A program made the translations under genes and the position numbers. From positions 128,138 to 192,137 of the forward strand of contig JAZRRN010000049.1 in assembly GCA_045650745.1 (NCBI GenBank): a stretch of 64,000 nt of DNA. The letters are read 5' to 3'. The notes beneath the pieces are model-generated. The model did no database searches. It saw nothing but the letters and a program-made list of their open reading frames with translations, and had not been told where the DNA came from. The stretch comes from Candidatus Caccovivens sp. GTDB lineage: Bacteria; Bacillota; Clostridia; Christensenellales; UBA1242. This document shows positions 15,001 through 27,000 of the stretch, piece after piece (within the stretch, counting starts at the first letter, position 1; every line of letters begins with the position of its first letter).

Positions 15001-18000
15001 ACACAAATTCTACAGATGAAGTCACAGCATCACAACCAGTGACAAATGGAAAAATCACTTTGTATGCAGAATTTGACAGCACATGGGCAGTGCTTTACAC
15101 AAACAAACAAGTTACAGCTGGCGAGCAAGAAGTGTTGTTTGATGCTCTCAATCCACAACGCATCGGACACACATTCAATGGTTGGTATACAACTGCATAT
15201 GCAGCAGATGGCACGGTTGACCTTGCAACTCGCATCTACAGCACAACTGGATTTGCGACAGCAAATGATGACACTGTGATTTATGCAAATTGGACAATCA
15301 ACACATATACACTCACAATTGACTATCTCTACTTTGATGGCACAGAAGCAAAACCTACATTTGAAAGAGTGCTTAAATTTAGAGAAAGCATTAGCGTTGA
15401 CAGTGCACTTATCTATGGATACACTGCCGACTTTACAAACATCACAATCGACTCAATGCCTGCAAATGATGTTGAAAAGACTGTTGTATACAGTGCAAAC
15501 AAATACAACATCACTTATGATTTGGCAAAAGGTAAGTGGTCAGAAGGCGAAACACCAATGACTGAATACACAATTAGAGATTCGATTGTGTTTGCACAAG
15601 CAGAAAGACTTGGTTACACATTTATCGGTTGGAAAGTTACAAGCGAATATGCTGATTTGGTTGACGGAAACTTTGTGAAAGATACAATCTATACAGAATC
15701 TTCAGTAAATGTTGGAATGTATGGACATGTTGCATTTGAAGCACAATGGGAAGCAAACCGAACAACCCCATATATGGTTTATTTGCACAAGATGAACACT
15801 GTTGGTGGATATGACGCATCTGGACTTTCAAGTGAAGAAAGAAGAGATGGTATCACAGACCAATATCTTGAAACAGAGATCAACGCAGATTTGACAATTG
15901 TCACAATCAATGAAGTTGCATACTCATTTGATGGATTTACAATCGACACTGTGACAACAGGAGATATAAGCGAAATCCTTGTTGAACCAGATGGTTCTGC
16001 ACAAATCCACATTTACTTTGCTAGAAATACTTACACATTGACAATTTATGCTCAAGAAGGAACAACTGTAAAAGTTAAGGGAGTTCAAGTTGAAGACGCT
16101 TCAGAACACACATTGTATTTTGAAGAAGAATTTGCACTTGAAACAATCCTTTGGGAAGGTTACACATGGCAAAACTATGTTGCTGGTGGCACACCATTGC
16201 TTGCTCTTACAGAAGATCAAATGGGATCTCAAATTGTCAAGATGGGTATGGGAGATGCGACAATCACATCTCAAGCAAAAATCAACACTTACACACTTAC
16301 AATTGATCCAAACGCAGGTCAATATAATGCAAGTGAAGAAGTGTTTGTTGTGACACAAAACTATGGCAGCACATATCAACTTGCTGTTGCTGGCAGGGTT
16401 GGTTACACATTTGTAGGTTGGAAGTTTACAACCGAAGCAAACGCTGGCAGATTGGTTGGCGACACTTACACATTTGGTATTGGCGTAAACACAACAGGTG
16501 TTGGCGATGACACAATCACAGCACAATGGAAAGCAAACAGATACGAAGTTGTCCTCAACTTCAACGATTCACACTTCAATGCAGGATCTACTGTTGCTGA
16601 CATCACAGAAGTTAAGACAAGCGAAGGCAACTCGCTCGTTGCAACAAATGGATTGTTGAGTTTGTATGCTATCTACGATGTAAACTATTCAAGACTTTAT
16701 GTAAACGATGATGAAACTGCTCCAAACGGCGCAGAATATGTTACATTTGCAGACTTTGCTCACCCTGCAGTTGACAGAGTTGGTTACGAATTTGTGACAT
16801 TTGCATCTTCAACTGAAGAAGATGGAGAAGTGGTGGATTCTTCGACAGTATGTCAAACAGCTGGAAGTGTGACTATTTACGCAATCTGGCAAGTTGAATC
16901 ATACACATTGACAATCGACAAGACATTGCCAAAAGTTTCGGTGGTAGTTGAAAATGCAACTGAAATTGGCACTGATCAATATACAGTTGTGTTTGACACA
17001 ACAATCAAATTGACAGCAACAATGGATATCGGTTATCACTTCAACAAGTGGACAGAGGACGAATATGATCTTTCTACTGCACTTGAATTGACTTACACAT
17101 ACTTGCAAGACAACGACACAACAATCACAGCAAATGTTGCTCCAAACACATACGAAATTTCATACCATGCAAACACAGGCGTTGGATCAATTCAATCTAC
17201 TCCTGCGACATATGATGTTGAAGTTGTTTTGAGTGATGGAACTGGATTTACAAAACTTGGTTACACACAAGTTGGTTGGGAATGCGAAGGTCAATCTTAT
17301 GAGTTGGCTGACACAGTTATCAACTTGACAACACAAGACAACGGTGTTGTGACAATGATGGCTGTTTGGAGAGCAAACACATACAATGTTTCATTTGAAA
17401 CAAACAACGGAAGTGCAGTTGCTGACACATCTGCAACTTACGACCAAGCAAAACCAATTGCAGAAACAACTTTGAGAGCTGGTTACAGATTCCTTGGTTG
17501 GTCGACAGTAAACGGAAAAGAATCAAATCATACAGAATTGACTGCCGAACAACTTGCAGGCAAAGATGTGACAACATATTTGGTTGAAAACAGCAAGGCA
17601 AATGGAATTTACTTGTACAATGAAGTTTACTATATGTTCAACTTGAGTGCCGAACACGGTGGCGAAGTTGTTGTTTATGCAATCTGGACTCCAGATTATG
17701 CTCCATACAGATTGGAATATTATTTGGAAGGATTGGACGGCAATTATGTGCTTGATACAGAAATTGTAGAAACAGGTCTTGAAATTGACAGAAATTCTAC
17801 AACAATCACTGATCAATTTACAGAAACAGTGGTTTCAATTCCACAACTCACTTACTATGGATTTACTCTTGATCTCAACAATCCAAACACAATTTTGACA
17901 GGAGCTGTCATTGGTGATGGATCACTTGTTTTGAGAGTATATTACACAAGAAACACATACAGCATTGACTTTGTTATTCCTTCACTTGGTGTTGACAGCG

Positions 18001-21000
18001 TTTCAGCAACAAGCGAACATGAAGTTGATGAAGATGTGTTCAAATACAACAGTTCGGTTACTGTTGGTGTTGTTCAATCAAAGGGTTACAGATTGGACGG
18101 CATCGTATGCGGATTGTTGGAAGTTGAAGCTGCAGAATTGCCTTACACATTCTTGCTTCACGAAGATATGGCATTTGAAGTTAAAGTTACTGCATTGCCA
18201 TTTGAATATATTGTAAAATACAGATTTGAATCTTTGGACGATACAACTCTTTACGAAGAAAATCTTGCTCTTGTGACAGACAAGACAAAGATTGATCTTG
18301 TTGATGTGCTTATTGACTATGACAAGATTGCTGACGACATTGAAGATGTGGCAGGATTTAGTTATGAAAGATTTGAAGGTGGCATCGTAAAACCGGTTGT
18401 TGACCCAGGCGATCAAAATTTGATTGTTACAATTTATTATTCAAGAAATTATTATGCACTTTCATTGCAACTTACAACAGGTATTTCACAACTCGAGGCA
18501 ATCACAGATACTTTGAAGGTTATCGAAGAAACTGAAAATGTTGCTGAAGGCACAAAACTTTATTCTGTAAGATACGAAGCAAGAGTAGATCTTGTCTATG
18601 ACACCGAACCTGGCTATGCTTATGGCAGTTGGTCAGATGAAATTGTTGTGGGTGAAGATCCTGATTGGTATATTGCATCTATGCCATCAGAAAACTTGAG
18701 CATCTATATGAATGGACGCACATTGCCTGCAGATGTAACAATCAAATATTTCTTTAGAGATATGGCAGACAGCAAGTGGGTTTATGATGCAGATGAAGAT
18801 CAAGTTGTAAAACACTTGTATACAGCAAGCGAAATTGAAAGCGTTGAAGGTCTTGGACTTAAGACATACGATGGATTTACATTCTCTACTTTCCAAACAG
18901 GAGTTATTGTCAAAGGTGACGGAACTTCTACATTGGATGTATTCTATTCAAGAAATTCTATCCAAGTTTCAGTTTCAATGACAGAAGGTGTTGCTTCAGT
19001 AAGAGCTTTTGTCAACGAAGAAGGTGGCGCTTATAGATTGGACTTCAACTTTACAGAAGATGGACAATTCTCGTTGAAATATGGCGCAACTGCAACATTG
19101 ACTTATGTGTTGTCAACAGATGGCTACAGATGGGTTGATTTTGAAGGCGCAACAAAAGTTGGAAATGCTTACACAATTACTGCAGGCATCGAAGACATTT
19201 CTGTGAGAGCTGTTGCTGAAAACAAAGTTTACACAATCACATTCTACGGATACGACACTGATGTTGATGTTGTGACACAACAAGCAACATACAACAGAAC
19301 TGTGATTTTGACACCAAACACATTTACAAGAGTGGGATATACTTACAAAGAATGGAACACTGTTGCAGATGAAAGTGGCGTTGTTTACACAGATCAACAA
19401 GAATTTAACTATTTGCTCACAGCAGATCTCGAATTGCACGCAATTTGGTCTCCTATTGCATACAAAGTTGCTTATGATGGCAATATGGCAACAGGTGGCG
19501 AAATGGAAGGACATGACGAAATCTTCTATGATGCACCATTCACACTTAAGAAAAACTTGTATGTTCGCACAGGTTACACATTTAAGGAATGGAACAGAAA
19601 TGCAGACGGCACAGGCGAATCTTTTGCAGACGAACAAGAGGGCGTTGTAAACCTCACTTCAACAGCAGGAGAAACTGTTGTGTTGTATGTAATCTGGAAT
19701 GAAAACACATATACTTTGGCATACAATTCAAACTATTCATCTGTTTGTGCAAAAGAAGATGTTTTGAGTGATGCCGAAACATATCTCTATACAGCGAATG
19801 TTGCGATTAAGCATGCTGATGACCTTGGTTATTTTGTTGAAGGATACACATTTGTTGGCTGGACAATTTCAATTGAAGGGGTTGAAACTGTTGTTTATGC
19901 AGATGACATTCTTCGTTCGCTTACAAGCACACCAAATGGAAGCGTGATTGCACACGCAATTTGGGAAGCAAACAAATATATCATCAAGTTTAATCCAAAC
20001 ACTGGTATAGGCGAAATGGAAGATGTGAAAGCAACTTATGACGAAACTCTTACACTTCCAAAATCAACATTCACAAAGATTGGTTACACATTTGACGGCT
20101 GGAACAGCAAAGCAGATCGTTCGGGTGATGAATATGCGGATGAAGCAGAAGTTATCAACCTTGCTCCAGAAGGTGAATTTGTCCTTTATGCACAATGGAA
20201 GACAATCACTTACACAATCACATATCTTGCAAATCTTGAAGGTTTTGCTGGTGGATTTGAAGGTGTTGAGGGCGAAACTTATACATCAACATTTACAATC
20301 GAAGATGAAGTTCATCTTGTTATCGAACCATTCTTGTCAAAGATTGGACACACATTGCTCGGTTATACTTTTGAAGAGTCAGAAGGAAATTGGCAAGTGG
20401 TGTTCTCAGGAGATATTGACCTCAATACTCTTGAAGACGAAATCCTTGATGTTGGCATTTATGGAAATGTTACATTGAAGGCAAAATGGTTTGTAAACTC
20501 TTATGATTTGACTGTTGTTTACAACTATCAAAACGGAACAACTGCTGCAGAAACAGTAGTTCAGTCAATCAAATATATGCAACCATATGAAGTTGCATCT
20601 CCAATCATCACTGGATATACAGCTGACATTTTGGTTGTTGAAGGAATTATGGACGAACTCGGCAAGACAATTGTCGTAACATACATTCCAAACAAATATA
20701 AGATCACATTTGATCTCAACAATGCAATCGGAACTGGTGCAACAACAATTGAATATACAGAAGCAATCGTAACTTACGACAGCAAGTATGCTCTTGCAAC
20801 AGTTGAAGGGGTTGAAAGAGGACTTGTCTTCCCAACAAGAAGAGGTTATGACTTTGTTGGCTGGTATTTCGATCAAGCACTTACATTGCTTGTTGTAAAC
20901 AATGACACTGTAAAGATTGTAGAAGACACAACTCTTTATGCTAAGTGGCAAGCAAGAAATGACACCAAGTTTACAGTGCTTTACAATTTTGAAAGCTTGG

Positions 21001-24000
21001 ACGGAAAGTCTTATGAATTTAAGGCTGAAGTTCCATCTTTGGAAGGTCAAGGCTACACCGACACTATGGTTACCGAACAAATGGTGGTAGATTTGACAGG
21101 TGGAGCATTGCCAACTTTGGCAGGATTTGCTTATACTCACACAATCTACGCATCACTTGATGCAGATGTGCAAGCACAAATCAATGTTTACTATTCAAGA
21201 AGCTACTTTGATTTGGATCTTTCAACAACAATCGGTATCACAACATTTACTGCTTCGGCACAACAACAACCTGATGCAGATCAAGAAGAAACTTTCTACA
21301 TCACAAATGTTGGCGAAGGAAACTATTATGTAAGATTTGAAACAACAATCATTCTTGCATACACAATCGACAACCCTGGTTATGAATTTGTTGCTTATTC
21401 GAGCGAACAAGTTGATGCAGCAAGTGGACAATTTGATATGATTGCCGAAAGAGTTGAAGTTTTGGCTTCAGCAAGACCAAAACCATACACAATCACCTTT
21501 ATTGGAAACAATGGTGCAACAGAAGATGGAGACACAACATATCTTCAATCTGGCACAAACATCTATCGCGAAACAATCGTGCTTGATGCAACTCAATTTA
21601 CTCGCACAGGTTACACCTTTGCAGGTTGGGCATTGACAGAAGAAAAGGCTGATGCAAGAGAATATGATTATGCTGATCAAGCAGAATTTATGTTGGAAGT
21701 ATACAGCGAAAATGTAAATCTCTGGGCTGTTTGGGAACCTATCCCATACAAGTTCTGGATTGACGGAACTGCTGGTATTGATGCAACACAAGTTACAATC
21801 TTCGTCGATGGAGAGTTGTTCCCATACGAAGAAGAAATGATTGTTTACTACGATCAAATCGTGAGAATTTATCACACATACACAATTGAGGAAGAAACAA
21901 AATCTGCACTCAAGGGTGGTTATGACTTTACAAGCTTCAATCTTGGTGACGAAGTTCAATCAACAGGTGCGTTCTACGAATTTATTTTCCACGGCGAAAC
22001 TTTGGTGACTTTGGTTGCAACACCAAGAAATGACACTAAGTTTAGAGTTGTTTACAAACTCGAAAATGTAGCTAGAGATGGTTATGAAGTAGATGAAGAA
22101 ATCATTGCAGAAGGCACAACTGACAAACTTGTGACTTATGACTATTTGGTAGAACTTGGTTTGGTGCGCACTTACACAGGTTTCGACTATTCGACATTTG
22201 TTGATGAAAATGATCAAGAAGAAATCTTCATTATCTACAGCAACGACAATCCTGAAGGTTATGCAGTTGTTTGCATCAAATATGTGAGATTGCACTACAG
22301 TTTGATCCTCAACACATCTGTTGGAGTTCAAACATTTGTGCCAAATGTAAAAGATGCAAGCACAATCACACAACTTCCAGATCAATATCGTGTATACTAT
22401 CAAGCTTCATTTGAATTGCAACTTGATATGTATCCTGGTTACAGATTCCTTGACTTTGTGGTTACTGCTCAAGAAGCACAAGGATCAGAAAGTCTTGGCA
22501 CAACAGAAGCTGTCCAACTTGAATTGAGAGAAGATGGATATTATTATGGTGCAAAACTTATTTTGAGTTTTGTTGCAAATGCAGAAACTGGCTATTATGA
22601 TGTGATCATGGCGCCTTATGACATCACAATCACAACTCAGTCAGAACCTATCGTTTACACATTCACATATCACAGATATCTCAACGAAGAAGATGAAGAA
22701 ACATTCAGTGAAGAAGTGACATTCAACACTGCATACACAATTTACTATCCTTCAAACATCAAAGAAGGTTGGTCAAAACTTGGTTATGACTTTATCGGTT
22801 GGGCAACAACAAAAGAAGAAGCGATTGCACAAATCCCTGTTTACACTTATGATGAAACATTGGCAGATTTGCAATTCGAACATTATCTTGATCCAAACGA
22901 TACAGAACTTTGGGCTGTTTGGATTCCTGCTGACAATACTTACAAGATTGAATACTATTTTGAAAACATTGACGGAACATATAGTTTGCACGAAGACAAA
23001 ACTGCCGACAAGATTGGCAAGACAGATTCGACTGCAAATTACGAATTGCTTCCAGTGGAAGAAGTTGTTGGATTTGAGTTCTTCCCAGATCACGAAGATT
23101 CAATTTTGAGTGCAAACATTGATCCTGCAGGAGATATGGTGCTCAAGGTTTACTACAAGCGTATTTGGTATGATGTTGTTGTAAATTATGACATCGGCAT
23201 CGAATATATCAGAGTGGCAGCTGGTGCAAATGCTACTGTTGAAGAAGAAACAACAGGCAAGATTGTTGTAAAAGTAAAATATGGTGCACATGTAACTGTT
23301 TCATACAGAGAAAACCCTGGTTATACATTTGTTGAATATGTTGAAAAGACAGAAATGGGAGTTGAAGTTGACGGCACATTTGAAATGCCAGCAGGCAATG
23401 TAGAATTTGACGCAATTTCTCAACCAAACATCTACACTTTGACATTCAAAAATGGATTTAAGCCAGAGCTTGCAGATGATTACACACAACAATATGTGTT
23501 TGCAACATATATGCCTTTGGAACCAAACAGATTTGTTAGAGCAGGTTACACATTTATTGGTTGGGACATCACAATTGGCGAAGAAACAACTCGCTACGAA
23601 GATTGTCAATCATTGCTTTACAACCACCCAGATGACTTGGAAGCAATTGCTGTTTGGGAAGCAAATCCAGACACTCCTTATGTTGTTGAATATTACACAC
23701 AAAAAATTGATGGAACCTTTGTGTTGGCAGAAAGTGTAAATCTTGTAGGTAGAACAGACACAGAAATCACCGAAGAAATTGTGTTTGCTGCTTATATCAA
23801 CACTTCAATCAACAAGCAAGGTTACGCATACAGCAGAATGAGAGATGATGCTCCACTCATCAATGGTGATGGAAGCACAGTTACTGGTGTCGAATATGTT
23901 TTGGTTGACATGGATGTAAGATTCAGTATGTCAAAACCAAACACTGATCCACCAGAACCAATGGCTGGACTTGACAATGTAGTTATCAACTACTTGGATC

Positions 24001-27000
24001 CAAATGGTGATGTTGAAAACTATTTGGTTGAAACAGAAGAAATTGTTCCAATCAAATATACTTCAACACTCAAAATCAAGGTGACAGCAAAAGAAGGATA
24101 TCAACTTTTGAGAATTGTCATCACAACAGCAACAACAAGAATTGAGTATTTGAGGACTGATGTTGGCGAAGATGGATTCTTCACTTATACAGTGCCTTCA
24201 GAAAGTGTTACTGTAAAAATTGAAGTAGAACCTAAAGAGTATTCAATCACATACTACAAAAACTTCAAAGAAGAAGGTGAATTTACAACTCAAAGAGTGA
24301 GATATCTTGAAAGAGTTGTGTTCAACGGTTACTTCTCTGAAACAGGTTATACTTTGCTCGGTTGGTCAACAGATCCATTGGCTACAGAAGCAGAATATCG
24401 CATCAACCATGTGCTCGAACAATATACTTGGACAGAAGATATTGCTATGCATGCAATTTGGCTTGAAAACGAATATACAATCGTTTACAACTCAAACACT
24501 GCAGCAGGCGAAATCGAATCTGTTGTTGTCAAGTATAGCGAAATTTACAAACTTGCAAGTGCAAGTGCGTTTACAAAGACAGGTTACAAATTTGTTACAT
24601 GGACAACAGATACAGCAGATGCAAATCAAGTTGTTGAAGTGCCAGATGTATCACAAATTGAAAACAGAGGCATTTACAAAAACCTTGCAGATGATGCATA
24701 CTATGCAACAAAGATGGTGACAGGCACAATTGGTGACGACACTGTCGAATTGTATGCAGTTTGGACTCCAATCGAATATACAATCAAATATGCTTATGAT
24801 GAAACGGAACAACAAACCCTTTCACTTGGCACATTCAAATATGATCAAACCTACAAACTCAGAGCATTTGAAGTTGTTGCTTGGGTAAACAGAGGTTATG
24901 ACTTTATTGGATGGAAATACACAACAGATGATGGCGAACAAGTCAACATCTATTGTGAAGAAAATGGCATTCCTGAAGTTACAAATCTTACAACACAAGA
25001 CGGAAAAGTTGTGATGTTGTATGTGATTTGGGGACTTGGAGATTCTCCATTTACAATCAGAATCTTGAAAGAAACTCTCGATGGAGTTTATGGAGAAACT
25101 GAAGGAAACTATATTGATATTACTGGAAACGAAATTCAAACAGAATCAATCGTGACTAGTGACATTGCTTACCACTACTTCGTGGCAGGCACAGATTATG
25201 ACAAACTTGAAGGTTATGCTTACACAAGCAGCAGACAAGATTCTCAAGCAATCTCTGCTGTTGGAAACACAATTGTAAAAGTGTATTTTGCAAGAAGATA
25301 TTACAACTTGACAATCACCAAAAACGCAACAGTGACTGATGTTGAGCTTGTATCTTCAGGCACAAACACACACTACTTGATCAACAATACCGTAAACGAA
25401 AGAGTTTATGCAGTTAAGTATGGCGACAGAGTGACTTTGGGCTTGAGTGAGGCCGAAGGTTACAGCGATGGATATTTTGAAGTTGACTTGGCAAACAGTG
25501 TCGAAGGAACTGTTTTGGAAGCTGACGGAAAATCATTGACTATCGGACCTGGCGACATTACAATCAAAGCAAACGCAGTTGCAAGTGGTGACACATTGTT
25601 TACAATCAAGATTTACAAAGAAACCCTTTCTGGCGAATATAAGACACCTGCTTACACAACATATTCAACAGGCGCAACTGAGAGTGTGGTTGACGTTGAT
25701 GCTGTGAGAGAACTTGTTGAAAACGAACCAGGATATGATTTCACAGGCTTTAGTTTTGGTTTTGTAGACGAAAATGTTGTCATCATGGGTAACGGACAAA
25801 CAGTCGTAGGAGTTTACTTCACAAGAAACAGCTACAAGTTGTCAACAAAAGCGACAAACTATCGTGCAGTTGTCAACTTGTCAGATGAAGCAAATTACAG
25901 ATACGAAGCAGAAGCAAGCGTAACAGGAGTGCTCAACAGAGGTTACTCACTTGCCGAAAAAGATATCTGGGTTGAAGACTTGGAAGGAAACAAACTCGAA
26001 GTTGAATTGTCTGTAACAATTGCCGAACTTGGAAATGGAACAAAACAATATGCAGTGTTTATCAAAAATATGCCTGCAGCTGATGCAGTGGTTGTGTTTG
26101 CTTCAACAAACAACACAGACACCAAGTTTACAGTTGTTTATATGTTCCAAGACATAACTCTTACAAACTATCTTGAAGATGTAAGATATCCAAGAGTAGT
26201 TAAGACTGGCGAAACAGAACATGTCTTGACAAGAGAAGACATTGGATTTGACGAACTTGTTGTAGATGGATTCAATCCAGCATACAGCTCAATCGACGGA
26301 GAAATTGTTGAAATTCTTGGTGATGGCTCTGTAGTCGTTTACATTTACTTCAACAGAGATCAATATGTTTTGACATTGACTTTTGAAGATCCAATGAACG
26401 GTTTGATTGTAGACAGTCTTAGCGTTACTGGACACGGTATTCAAGAGCTTACAACCTTGGCTTGGTATGTATATTCAGGTCAAACAGTAACAATCGAATT
26501 TGAGCTTGATGCAGGATTTACATTTGGTGGATTTGAAGTCAACGGAGTCAAGAGAGAAGAAACTGCAACAAGATTGAGAGTTGTCATCTCTGATTCTGAC
26601 ATGGATGTCACAGTTTACATCGTGGCTCAAACTGACATTGAATACAGAATTGAATATTACAGACAAGAATTGGTTGACAATCAAGCTTCTGACAAATACA
26701 ACAGAGTTCACTACATCAACTTGCACGGAACTGCAAACGAATATCTTGCTCCAGAAGCATTCCTTGAAATGTATGTCGAAAACCTTGAATCAATCGAAGG
26801 TTACAGACCTGAAATGTTTAAGGGATTGAGATTTGACCATTACGAAGTTTCAATCAAGGGACTTCCAACAGACCACCCAGTGGTTTCTGGTGATGGTTCA
26901 ACAATCATTAGATTCTATTACAACAGAATCATGATCAATGTTTCGTTTGAATATGACAGCGAGTTTACTGCAAATCATCTCGAATCACTTTCTGGTGATG

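Larger units (their letters stand above)
9816..16900 (+). repeat. Three tandem higher-order super-modules (~2.2-2.45 kb each) inside the giant ORF
   Basis: The same ordered set of module types recurs. MucBP-like 'TPY..HY' units begin near 9816, 12011 and 14466. A second MucBP-like unit begins near 11085, 13341 and 15750. '.PNGG/.PNAG' units lie near 11440, 13890 and 16290. 'NRY[KE]VVL[ND]' units lie near 11660, 14130 and 16535. Boundaries were read by eye and are approximate. Confidence 0.55.
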
